Shown here: positions 47,950-56,585 of the stretch, piece by piece
Position numbering within the stretch: the first letter of the stretch is position 1
Layout: each line of letters opens with the position of its first letter
Assembly: GCA_042577865.1 (NCBI GenBank)
Contig: JBHPDN010000001.1
Coordinates: 9,192 to 73,191, forward strand
DNA length: 64,000 bases
Source of the DNA: Nanobdellota archaeon
GTDB taxonomy: Archaea > Nanobdellota > Nanobdellia > Woesearchaeales > JAGLXL01
Direction of reading: 5' to 3'
Notes under the pieces: model-generated
Databases searched by the model: none
Seen by the model: only the letters and a program-made list of their open reading frames with translations
Told to the model about the DNA's origin: nothing
Translations under genes and position numbers: made by a program

Positions 47950-48771
47950 TTATAAAAGTTTTCTTATTTCTTCGACCATATCACTGGCCAGAAAAACATA
48001 ACCTTTCTTTTTCTTTAATAGAATGTCCCCGATCTGCTTGTTTAGTTGGGAAGCTGCCACTGCACTGTCGAACAATTTATGGCTTTGCGAAAGAAAACCA
48101 GCGCAGAGACCGGCTAAAACATCACCTGTTCCTGCTTTAGTCAGACCAGGATTCCCGCCAGTTATTTTCTTTATTTTGTTTTTAGAAACAACCACATCTG
48201 TTGCTCCTTTAATCAGCAAAACATTATTGTCAAGGTGTTTTTGTATTTCTTTTATTTTTTTGTTTTTATTTTTAATCTGATTGATTCTATTAAGACCTGA
48301 ATTTTTCAACAGCATTTCCAATTCTTTGGCATGAGGTGTGATAATTGCATTATGAATTTCCTGCAAAGACAGTAATTTAATTCCGTCTGCATCAATTACC
48401 TTGAGTTTGTCTTTGGCTCTGGCCACTAATCTTTTGCAGAGAAGTTTTGTTTGTTTGTTCAGACCAATACCATTGCCTAGTTCCAGAACATCATGGTTGT
48501 CAAGCATTTTACTGATTACTGACAGATCCTTTGGAGTCAAAAACTTTCCAGTTAATTTTTTAGTCACTAGATCTTCACTTAAACAATTGACTGCCCAGGC
48601 CACTTTTTCAGGCGCCGCCACTGTTACCAAATCACAGCCAGAACGCAAAGCAGCCAAACCCACTAAAACTAAAGTGCCTGTATAATCTTCACTTCCCCCA
48701 ACAACTAAAACAAAACCATTTTCCCCTTTATGAGAAGTTTTCTTTCTTTTCATCAAAGTTTTGATGTTCAT
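47950..48771 (-). CDS. nnrD: ADP-dependent NAD(P)H-hydrate dehydratase
   Basis: SHKGENG, GGSEDYTG, GNGIG, DADG, TPHAKE, AGTGDVLAG. Confidence 0.93.
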   Translation of the reverse strand: MNIKTLMKRKKTSHKGENGFVLVVGGSEDYTGTLVLVGLAALRSGCDLVTVAAPEKVAWAVNCLSEDLVTKKLTGKFLTPKDLSVISKMLDNHDVLELGNGIGLNKQTKLLCKRLVARAKDKLKVIDADGIKLLSLQEIHNAIITPHAKELEMLLKNSGLNRINQIKNKNKKIKEIQKHLDNNVLLIKGATDVVVSKNKIKKITGGNPGLTKAGTGDVLAGLCAGFLSQSHKLFDSAVAASQLNKQIGDILLKKKKGYVFLASDMVEEIRKLL

Positions 48772-48853
48772 CTTAAAGAGTAATCATTTGCTTTTTATAA
48801 TTTTAACTGAATTTTTCATAAGTTTTATAAATCACCTCATTAAAAATTATTTT

Positions 48854-49108
48854 ATGAATTATGCAGAAGGGACAAAAACACCTGAAGAGAAATTTCTTGC
48901 CAAATTTGAGCAGGCCGATAAATATGTTGATGACCATGCCTCAATCTTGGATGAAGAAGTTCATGATTTTGGAAAATTAGAAAGTGACTTGACTCAAGCT
49001 TTTGAGAATATGCCTGAAGCTCTAAGAAAAAAACATAAAGGGAAATATGAAGATTTAAAAGAAGACCTTAGTCATTTTGATGATATTCATAATGGGATAG
49101 CTCTTTAA
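48854..49108 (+). CDS. Small hypothetical protein
   Basis: Start reassigned to MNYAEG (TATA upstream); shares a motif with 22011..22244. Confidence 0.65.
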   Translation: MNYAEGTKTPEEKFLAKFEQADKYVDDHASILDEEVHDFGKLESDLTQAFENMPEALRKKHKGKYEDLKEDLSHFDDIHNGIAL

Positions 49109-49109
49109 A

Positions 49110-49910
49110 TTATTTTATCTCACAGCCACCACTCGGCAAAAACTTTGTAATCTCATCCAAATCTCCGCCTAATTTATGTTTTATTTTCTTGGCTGTTTCT
49201 GATTTTTTCTTTTTGCCTGGCACCACTACCTTAAATTTGTCTGCCTGTTTTTTAATTGCAGCAGTCGGACCGCCAATCACCACACCATCCTTAACACCGA
49301 TAGCCATCTCCAGTCTTGGACGCAGATACAAAGTCTTGCCGTAGACCATAAAAGCTCCTTTAGGCATGAATTCCCCTGATTTGGCTGTCTTGCTCACCTG
49401 CTCTGGCTTGACATAAAAGACATCCAAAATACTTAACCCTAATTTCCAGGCCCGGGAATAAGAAGCAGTGGCCTGAGCCGCCTCCTTGATTGTTTCCTCT
49501 CCAGCTTCCTGACCATTCTTGATGACAAAAAATGGCGAACCGGCCATATCTGTATGTAAAACTAAATCATTTTCTTCAGTGTGTTTCTTAATCACAATTT
49601 CATTGGAAGTGGCATCCCGGCCGCCAATACATAAAAATCCTTCAGAACTCATAAACCAGTGGAACTTCTCATACCATTCTTTCTTATGAACTTTTTTCTC
49701 TACTTTTTTGGCAGAAATCTTTTCCAAAACTTTTTCCTTCTCTTTTTCCAGTTTCTCCAGTTCTTTCTGGTATTTTTCTAAAGTCTCCCGGGCACCCTTT
49801 AGTTTTTTCTTGGCTTTTTTGGCTCTTTCAAAATAGACTTCTGCATTTTGCTCTACTGTCTTGTCTAAATACACATCAACTTCAGAATTATTTTTTACAC
49901 TCTCTGACAT
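49110..49910 (-). CDS. NFACT RNA-binding domain protein (DUF814; truncated Rqc2/NEMF-like)
   Basis: QNAEVYFERAKK, WYEKFHWF, GGRDATSNE, HTDMAGSPF, QVSKTAKSGEF..GAFMVYG; start uncertain. Confidence 0.88.
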   Translation of the reverse strand: MSESVKNNSEVDVYLDKTVEQNAEVYFERAKKAKKKLKGARETLEKYQKELEKLEKEKEKVLEKISAKKVEKKVHKKEWYEKFHWFMSSEGFLCIGGRDATSNEIVIKKHTEENDLVLHTDMAGSPFFVIKNGQEAGEETIKEAAQATASYSRAWKLGLSILDVFYVKPEQVSKTAKSGEFMPKGAFMVYGKTLYLRPRLEMAIGVKDGVVIGGPTAAIKKQADKFKVVVPGKKKKSETAKKIKHKLGGDLDEITKFLPSGGCEIK

Positions 49911-50352
49911 TTTCCATTTCAATACTTTGTTCAGAGCAGATGATTTCTTCATCATAAAGTCTGACTTTTGGTGTCAACTTAAACTGCTTGATATCGCCGT
50001 AAGTTGTATAATCATAGTCAACATATTGCATGGTTGTGCCTGCCTTTTCCACATCTGAACCTTCCAGATCCCTGACAAAAATAGCTTCTGAACCAATTAC
50101 TCTTAATCTTAAACCAGTCAAAGGCACATTAGGTCCGTTTTCAGCAATAAAATAAATTTGATTGTTCAATTTTTCATAGCATAACTGCTCTTCCTGATTC
50201 AGTTCTACAATTGTCAGACCAATGTCAACTGCGCATTTGGCTGAAGATTCAATCTGGGCCCTGCCAAAGTTCATAACCACTACACCAACTGCCACTGCCA
50301 GGACTATTAAGAGAATAGTTGCTAATAACGGTCCAATCCCTCTTTTATTCAT
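49888..50352 (-). CDS. Archaeal type IV pilin-like protein
   Basis: MNKRG/IGPLLATILLIVLAVAVGVVV. Confidence 0.87.
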   Translation of the reverse strand: MNKRGIGPLLATILLIVLAVAVGVVVMNFGRAQIESSAKCAVDIGLTIVELNQEEQLCYEKLNNQIYFIAENGPNVPLTGLRLRVIGSEAIFVRDLEGSDVEKAGTTMQYVDYDYTTYGDIKQFKLTPKVRLYDEEIICSEQSIEMENVRECKK

Positions 50353-50438
50353 ATTTATCTAACAAAGTTTCCAAATTTATAAAATTTTCTTATTTAGCCA
50401 CAAAAACATTTATAAAAAACAAAGCTTTATGGTTATTC

Positions 50439-51311
50439 ATGGCTCAGCAGCAGATGACTGATGAACAAAGAAAGGAGCTTCAGGAAAAACTTTCCAAGAT
50501 GTCACCTGAAGAACTGAAAGAATTTCAGAAAAAGCAGTGTATCTTCTGTCAGATTATTTCAGGTCAGGTTGAAAGCCAAAAAGTGTACGAAGACGAAAAG
50601 CATGTTGCTGTTTTGGACATTAATCCTGCCAATGTTGGCCATATCCTTCTTTTGCCTAAAGAGCATTATTCTATTCTGCCGCAGATGAAAGATGAAGAAG
50701 TCAGTCAGATGTTTACTGTGGCCAAACATCTTTCACAGGTCCTTCTCAAAGCTCTCAAAGCTCAGGGCACCAATATCTTTGTTGCCAATGGCATGGTGGC
50801 TGGCCAGCGTGCCCAGCATTTTATGATCCATGTTGTTCCTAGATTTGAAGCTGACAAAGTCATTGGCTTCCAGATACCTCAAAAAGAAGTCACTGAATCA
50901 GATTTGAAAAAACTCAGGGAAATTTTGGCTAACAAGATTAATGAGCTCATGGACATCAAAAAGAAAGTTGTGGTTGAGCAGCCTCAAGAAGAACCAGAAG
51001 TCAAGGAAGAGCCAGAAAAAGTTGTTGAAGAAGAAAAACCAGACAAATTTATCACCAGTGCTAAAGCCAAAAGATTTCATATTGAATCATGTCCTTTTGC
51101 CCAGAAGATCAAGGATGACAAAAGGATTCTCCTTGATTTAGAAGAGGTCAGTAAAAGCCGGGAGCCCTGCGATTGTACAGGTTTGAGGAAAAAAGAAACT
51201 AAACCAAAAAAAGAGTCTGCAAAAAAAACCCCAAAGAAAAAAACAACCGGCAAAAAAACAAAACAAAAGGAGGAATCCAGCTTGGATGACATAGCTGAAT
51301 TATTCAAATAA
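50439..51311 (+). CDS. HIT-family protein (degenerate triad) with C-terminal Ada-like Cys/His domain
   Basis: CIFC, LDINPANVGH, NGMVAGQ, HFMIHVVPR; C-terminal KRFHIESCPFA...PCDC; start reassigned to MAQQQ. Confidence 0.88.
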   Translation: MAQQQMTDEQRKELQEKLSKMSPEELKEFQKKQCIFCQIISGQVESQKVYEDEKHVAVLDINPANVGHILLLPKEHYSILPQMKDEEVSQMFTVAKHLSQVLLKALKAQGTNIFVANGMVAGQRAQHFMIHVVPRFEADKVIGFQIPQKEVTESDLKKLREILANKINELMDIKKKVVVEQPQEEPEVKEEPEKVVEEEKPDKFITSAKAKRFHIESCPFAQKIKDDKRILLDLEEVSKSREPCDCTGLRKKETKPKKESAKKTPKKKTTGKKTKQKEESSLDDIAELFK

Positions 51312-51847
51312 TGGTTGACTGTGAATTTTGTGATGTTGTCAAAGGCAAGGAAGACGCTGAAATCATCTTTGAAGATGAAAAATGCACTGCTGTTCTTCAT
51401 CTCAAGCCTGCTCATCCTGGACATGTCCTTCTTTTTTCCAAAGGCCATTACCCGATTATGGAGCAGGTTCCTGATTATGTTGTCGGCCACATGTTCAAGA
51501 TTGCCAATAAATTAAGTACTGCTCTTTTTGAAAGCCTCAATATCCAGGGCACCAATATCATTGTCCAGAACGGTGTGGCAGCCGGTCAGACTATTCCTCA
51601 TTTTGTTATTCATGTCATTCCTCGTTCTGAAGGTGACGGACTCAATTTCCAGTGGGAACCTAAACAGCCTGGCAAAGAAGAAGTTGACAAAGCCATTATT
51701 GTCATTAAAGAGCAGACTGCCAACATCCATCCTTCTGGTTTCCAAAAAGAAAAAAGGGAAATCAAAATTGACCGGGATGCTGTCAGGAAGATTGAATCAA
51801 CTAAAGAAGAAAATTATTTGATTAAACAGCTAAGAAAGATTCCTTAA
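51311..51847 (+). CDS. HIT-family protein (degenerate triad)
   Basis: CEFC, PAHPGH, NGVAAGQ, HFVIHVIPR; start overlaps the upstream stop (TAATG). Confidence 0.9.
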   Translation: MVDCEFCDVVKGKEDAEIIFEDEKCTAVLHLKPAHPGHVLLFSKGHYPIMEQVPDYVVGHMFKIANKLSTALFESLNIQGTNIIVQNGVAAGQTIPHFVIHVIPRSEGDGLNFQWEPKQPGKEEVDKAIIVIKEQTANIHPSGFQKEKREIKIDRDAVRKIESTKEENYLIKQLRKIP

Positions 51848-51850
51848 TTC

Positions 51851-52711
51851 TCAGAATAAAAAAGCCAGCCAGTTTCCTACAATAATTGTCAGTAAAAAAG
51901 CAACTAAAAAACTTGGCACAAAAGGTATGCCTTCTTTGATTTTTATTTTTTTGACCTTGCCTTGAGAATGCAGTTTGATTAACTGGGCAATATGTTCCTG
52001 GTCAATGCCTAAATCTCTTGGTCCGCAGATCTTCTTTCCGCCGACAACAACATCTTCTGCAATCCAGTCCCCTTCTGTCAGTTGTTTTGGATTGACCTGT
52101 TTGTAAAAGGCAAAATTCTCCACAGATTTGATTCCCATCCAGGCATACATGGTGCCCAAAGGCATGATGCCGATGGCTAAAAACAAACCTTTTAACAAAC
52201 CCGGCACTAAAAAACTTCCCACTACTGCTGCGATGCCTAAGAAAAGTAAACCCAACTTTATGTTTTTCAAACCCTGATTTTGTTTTTTCAATTCATCTAA
52301 AAACTTGCTTTTGTTCAAAACAGCCAGCATCACCAGCCAGATTAGACCGTAAACAGCTCCTATGATTAATAGATTCAGGAAAAAAAGACCTAAATTAGGC
52401 AGAGGATTAAACTGTAATTTTAAACCAATCAAAGCTCCCAACCCCATCAGTAACTTGCTGTCTCCTCCTCCCCACTGCCCCATGTAATACATCATGTAAG
52501 CGATGACCACAAAAACCAGAAATCCTATTAATCCTTCAAAAAAAATACTCCAGTTAAATTCTTTTAAAGAAAAAACCAGTCTCAACCCCAGGCCTGTGAA
52601 GATCATACCATAGCTTAGCCAGTCAGGTACTTCTCTTGTTTTCAGATCAGAATAAGAGCCCGCCACTAAACCAATTAAGGCAATTCCATACAATATATAA
52701 TCAAAAATCAT
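51851..52711 (-). CDS. Prepilin/prearchaellin peptidase, A24 family
   Basis: SDLKTREVPD, WGGGDSKL, LTEGDW, GIPFVPSF. Confidence 0.93.
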   Translation of the reverse strand: MIFDYILYGIALIGLVAGSYSDLKTREVPDWLSYGMIFTGLGLRLVFSLKEFNWSIFFEGLIGFLVFVVIAYMMYYMGQWGGGDSKLLMGLGALIGLKLQFNPLPNLGLFFLNLLIIGAVYGLIWLVMLAVLNKSKFLDELKKQNQGLKNIKLGLLFLGIAAVVGSFLVPGLLKGLFLAIGIMPLGTMYAWMGIKSVENFAFYKQVNPKQLTEGDWIAEDVVVGGKKICGPRDLGIDQEHIAQLIKLHSQGKVKKIKIKEGIPFVPSFLVAFLLTIIVGNWLAFLF

Positions 52712-52757
52712 ATCCCAAAGTAATCAAAATTTATTTATAAATGTGTTGGAAATTAAA

Positions 52758-54062
52758 TTAGTTCACCTTTCCAAAAAGATTTATTACAGTTTCTTTGAGT
52801 CGGGTATATTGTTGTTGAACAACCTTAAAATTATCTTTGCTTCCCCACCAGTGTTGTTCATTATGATATATATGGTATTTACTTGGATCATTTCCTAAAT
52901 GAATATCAAATTCTGCAGGATTATCAAATACAGGCGAACCCGGTAAAGGTACGAATCTGTAAAGGGCAATTCTTCTAACAAAAGGTCTCAATTCTCTTAG
53001 CATCTCAATAGTTTCACTAGTGGTGGTCTCATTCTCACCAGGAAACCCATGCATCAGGAACAATTTGGTGAATAATCCTCCTTCATGGGCTGTTTTAATG
53101 CCTTCTCTGAACTTCCCTAGATTTGCTCTCTTGTTCATCCTTTCAAGAAGATACTGGCTGCCGCTTTCTATTCCAAATTTGACTTCCATACATCCGGAAT
53201 CACTTAAAGCGTTCACTATTTCAGGTGTCATCCTATCAGCCCGGCTGCTTATTACATAGTTGATATTCAAGTCTTTTAATTCAGAAGTAATTTCTAAAAC
53301 ATGCCTTTTGTTCAGTGTAAAAGTTTCGTCCATAAACAATAAGCCGCCCAGTTGATCATACTGTTCTAAAAGTTCCATTACTTCAGCTTTAATATTTGCC
53401 GCCGACCTGTATCTGACTGAACCATTGTTTAGATTAGCGCAAAAATTACATGAATATGGACAGCCCCTGCTAGTGACAATGGTGGTGATTAATTTGTCAG
53501 TTCCCCTCAACCTGTTTTCAAGCAGAATCCTTTCTTGAGGCATCAGATTTCTCGCCGGAAAGGCAAGTGAATTAACGTCACTGACTTTGTTGACCTCTTT
53601 GTTTGATCTTATATTTCCATAGCTATCAAAATAAGTAAAACCTTTTAATTCCCCCACTGCTTCAGGAATAGAGTTAGAGACAGTTAATCTTCTCAAGAAA
53701 TCTGGAAGTACTACTTCGGCTTCTCCTTTGATGACTGCATCTAAATTTAAATCTTTTAATGTTTCAGCAGAGAATACGTGGCTGTGTGTGTTTCCTGCCA
53801 ATTTAACTGTAGTTCTTTCAGATAAAACCCTGTCTGATAATCTTTTGAATTTATGATAGGTTGTTGAAGCTGTAATTGCCAGACAATCTACCTCACTTTC
53901 AGGCAGTTCTTCTGTATTTTCATCTATGCCAACAACTCTTACATCATGACCGGATTCTTGGAGAGATGAAGCTACATAAAGCATCCCAAGCGGTGGGAGC
54001 TCTGTTCTGTTGGCATCTCCTGCAACTTCTATATCTATCGGATAAATTAGGTTTACTTTCAT
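52758..54062 (-). CDS. B12-binding radical SAM protein
   Basis: PPLGMLYVAS, GEAE, FPAR, TSRGCPYSCNFC, DETFT, GIESGS, GFPGE. Confidence 0.92.
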   Translation of the reverse strand: MKVNLIYPIDIEVAGDANRTELPPLGMLYVASSLQESGHDVRVVGIDENTEELPESEVDCLAITASTTYHKFKRLSDRVLSERTTVKLAGNTHSHVFSAETLKDLNLDAVIKGEAEVVLPDFLRRLTVSNSIPEAVGELKGFTYFDSYGNIRSNKEVNKVSDVNSLAFPARNLMPQERILLENRLRGTDKLITTIVTSRGCPYSCNFCANLNNGSVRYRSAANIKAEVMELLEQYDQLGGLLFMDETFTLNKRHVLEITSELKDLNINYVISSRADRMTPEIVNALSDSGCMEVKFGIESGSQYLLERMNKRANLGKFREGIKTAHEGGLFTKLFLMHGFPGENETTTSETIEMLRELRPFVRRIALYRFVPLPGSPVFDNPAEFDIHLGNDPSKYHIYHNEQHWWGSKDNFKVVQQQYTRLKETVINLFGKVN

Positions 54063-54142
54063 ACTTGATAATTAGGGCTAAAAGTCTTATATAAATATTT
54101 CTGATTAAGAATATTTATAAACAATTAAAAAAAACAAATTGC

Positions 54143-54550
54143 ATGGATAAAAAAATTCCTAGAGTTGCTATCGGAGCTGTCGTCTTTAATGATAAAGATG
54201 AATTGCTGCTTCTTAAGTCTAAAAAGTGGCACGGCAAATACATTCTTCCCTGCGGCCATGTTGAATTTGGTGAAACACTGGTTGACGCTGTAAAAAGGGA
54301 AGTTAAAGAGGAAACAGGTCTAGATGTGGACAAAGTTGAATTTTTGCGTTATGGTGAAATGATTAATTCCTCTGAATTCCATGATGTTGACAGGCACTTT
54401 GTCTCACTTAATTTTAAGTGTTCCACCAATAACAACAATGTTATCTTAAATGAAGAGGCACAGGAGTTTATTTGGGTTAAAATAGAAGATGCGCTTAATC
54501 TGGAAACTGATTCTCTGACCAAGGCGTCTTTGGTAAAACTGACGAAATAA
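54143..54550 (+). CDS. NUDIX hydrolase
   Basis: GHVEFGETLVDAVKREVKEETGL Nudix box. Confidence 0.94.
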   Translation: MDKKIPRVAIGAVVFNDKDELLLLKSKKWHGKYILPCGHVEFGETLVDAVKREVKEETGLDVDKVEFLRYGEMINSSEFHDVDRHFVSLNFKCSTNNNNVILNEEAQEFIWVKIEDALNLETDSLTKASLVKLTK

Positions 54551-54589
54551 TTAAGAAAATTTAAATAATAATTCTGCTCCGGGTATAAC

Positions 54590-55201
54590 ATGAAACCAAA
54601 ACATCTGGCTTTTACCACTGACGGTCTTAAGGAGGATTTAGTTAAGAGTTTTCAGTTGATTAGCCAGTTAGTTGATGAACAGATTAAAAACAATTTACCT
54701 GTCCTGACTTTTTACATCACCCACAAAAGAAATCCTGATGCTGAAATTTTATCTGCTTTTACCAAACTTTTATCGTCTGAAGAGTTTATGAGCAAAATCA
54801 ATTCCAACAAAGTCAAGATTACTGCTTTAGGTAAATGGTATAATCTGCCTCAGCAGACTTTGGATGCTGTCAAAAAAGTCATTGATGAGACCAAGGATTA
54901 TGACCATTACTTTTTGAACTTTTGCCTAAACTATGACGGACAAGAGGAAATAGTTGATTCCTGCAAATTAATCATAAAACAGATTTTTGCCAACAAGATC
55001 TCTGAATCAGCTGTCAATGAAGAAGTTGTTAAAGAAAACTTGTATACTTCTTACTTTATCCCTCCAGATTTAATCATTAAATCCGGCGAGCAGAAACTGA
55101 CTTCTTTTTTATTGTGGGATTCAGTCGGTGCCAGTATTTACTTCACCCAGAGGCCTTTCTCCCAGTTCACCTTGGAAGAGTTGAACCTGATTCTACAGTA
55201 A
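54590..55201 (+). CDS. Degenerate cis-prenyltransferase (UppS-like)
   Basis: PKHLAFTTDG, NYDGQEEI, PDLIIKSGEQKLTSFLLWDS; lacks the NRR motif and conserved Arg residues. Confidence 0.85.
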   Translation: MKPKHLAFTTDGLKEDLVKSFQLISQLVDEQIKNNLPVLTFYITHKRNPDAEILSAFTKLLSSEEFMSKINSNKVKITALGKWYNLPQQTLDAVKKVIDETKDYDHYFLNFCLNYDGQEEIVDSCKLIIKQIFANKISESAVNEEVVKENLYTSYFIPPDLIIKSGEQKLTSFLLWDSVGASIYFTQRPFSQFTLEELNLILQ

Positions 55202-55233
55202 CATTTATAAACAACCCCTTTCAATTCAACCTT

Positions 55234-55306
55234 AACCTGTGATTTATGAATCCCTAACGGGAGGAATGAGGGGTAATATTCTGATTACACCTTCAAGGAG
55301 GAAAAA
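55234..55306 (+). promoter_or_regulatory. Structured 5' leader of the L7Ae operon (candidate autoregulatory element)
   Basis: TTTATAAA at 55204-55211; hairpin TCCC-TAAC-GGGA flanked by GA dinucleotides; hairpin TGAGGGGTAAT/ATTACACCTTCA (55267-55295) abutting SD AGGAGG. Confidence 0.55.
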
Positions 55307-55627
55307 ATGGCAGATGAAAATACTGATAAAATATTGGAAATAATTGAATTAGCCAGCAAGACTGGTAAAATCAAAAAAGGCTCTAATGAAGTTACCAAAA
55401 CTTTGGAAAGAGGCACAGCTAAATTGGTAGTTGCTGCTCAGGACACCACACCTAAAGAAGTTATTATGCACTTACCTCTTTTGTCTAAAGAAAAAGGTAT
55501 TCCTTACAAGGAAGTTCCTAAGAAAGACGAACTGGGAGCTGCTGCTGGATTACAAGTTGGCACTTCAGCTGTCTCTGTTGTTGAAGAAGGAGAAGCAAAG
55601 AAACTCATCGCTGGATTAAGTAAGTGA
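55307..55627 (+). CDS. rpl7ae: 50S ribosomal protein L7Ae (eL8)
   Basis: [33 protein letters not shown]. Confidence 0.96.
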   Translation: MADENTDKILEIIELASKTGKIKKGSNEVTKTLERGTAKLVVAAQDTTPKEVIMHLPLLSKEKGIPYKEVPKKDELGAAAGLQVGTSAVSVVEEGEAKKLIAGLSK

Positions 55628-55632
55628 TTCAA

Positions 55633-55905
55633 ATGAAAAAAGATTTCAAGAAAAAAGACGAAGGCAAGAAAGAAGGCGGCGAAGTCAGATTTTCGCATGC
55701 TGTCCCTGCTGAAGTCAAGGAAGTTGTCGGTCGTACTGGCACCCGAGGGGAAGCCACTCAAGTCAGAGTTTTTATTTTAGACGGACGTGACAAAGGCAAG
55801 ACGATCCGAAGAAATGTCAAGGGCCCTGTCAGGGTTGGCGACATCTTGATGCTCACTGAAACAGAAATCGAGGCTCAGAGATTAAATACTGGGCGAAGAG
55901 GTTAA
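55633..55905 (+). CDS. rps28e: 30S ribosomal protein S28e
   Basis: [25 protein letters not shown]. Confidence 0.95.
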   Translation: MKKDFKKKDEGKKEGGEVRFSHAVPAEVKEVVGRTGTRGEATQVRVFILDGRDKGKTIRRNVKGPVRVGDILMLTETEIEAQRLNTGRRG

Positions 55906-55906
55906 A

Positions 55907-56095
55907 ATGGCAAGATGTTCATTTTGTGAAAAGACAATCAAGCCGGGTACCGGCAAGATTTACGTCAAGAAAACTGGAAAGATCTTTAATTTTTGCACTA
56001 TGAAGTGCGAAAAGAACTTGTTTAAATTAAAAAGAAAGCCGGCCACCACTGTGTGGACTAAAACTTTCCAAAAGGAAAAAGAGGGTAAAAAATGA
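55907..56095 (+). CDS. rpl24e: 50S ribosomal protein L24e
   Basis: CSFC, PGTG, FCTMKCEK, WT. Confidence 0.95.
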   Translation: MARCSFCEKTIKPGTGKIYVKKTGKIFNFCTMKCEKNLFKLKRKPATTVWTKTFQKEKEGKK

Positions 56096-56571
56096 AAGAA
56101 CAGACTTTGGTCCTTATCAAACCTGACGGTGTTCAACGCTCTGTCTCAGGTGAAATTATTACCAGATTTGAAAAAGTTGGCATGAAAATCATTGGCATGA
56201 AAATGGTCTGGGTTGACAAGAAGTTTGCCAAGAAGCACTATGCTGCCCATGTCCAGAAGAACTTTTATCCTGGATTAGAAGCTATGATCACTGAAGGCCC
56301 GGTTATTGCTATGGTCCTTGAAGGTCTCCATGCTGTTGAACAGGTCAGAAAAATGGTCGGTGCTACCGAACCAAAGACTGCTGCTCCAGGAACTATTAGA
56401 GGAGATTACGCCCACATGAGTTATGCTCAGGCTGACAAAAAAGGTGTGGCTGTCAAGAATTTGATCCATGCTTCAGGCAATAAAGAAGAAGCCAAAGCTG
56501 AGATTAAACTCTGGTTCAACTCAGAGGAAATACACACTTACAAAACCGTTCATGAAATGCACGTATTTTAG
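56092..56571 (+). CDS. ndk: Nucleoside diphosphate kinase
   Basis: IKPDGVQR, PGTIRGD, NLIHAS. Confidence 0.97.
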   Translation: MKEQTLVLIKPDGVQRSVSGEIITRFEKVGMKIIGMKMVWVDKKFAKKHYAAHVQKNFYPGLEAMITEGPVIAMVLEGLHAVEQVRKMVGATEPKTAAPGTIRGDYAHMSYAQADKKGVAVKNLIHASGNKEEAKAEIKLWFNSEEIHTYKTVHEMHVF

Positions 56572-56585
56572 GAGGAAATAAAAAA

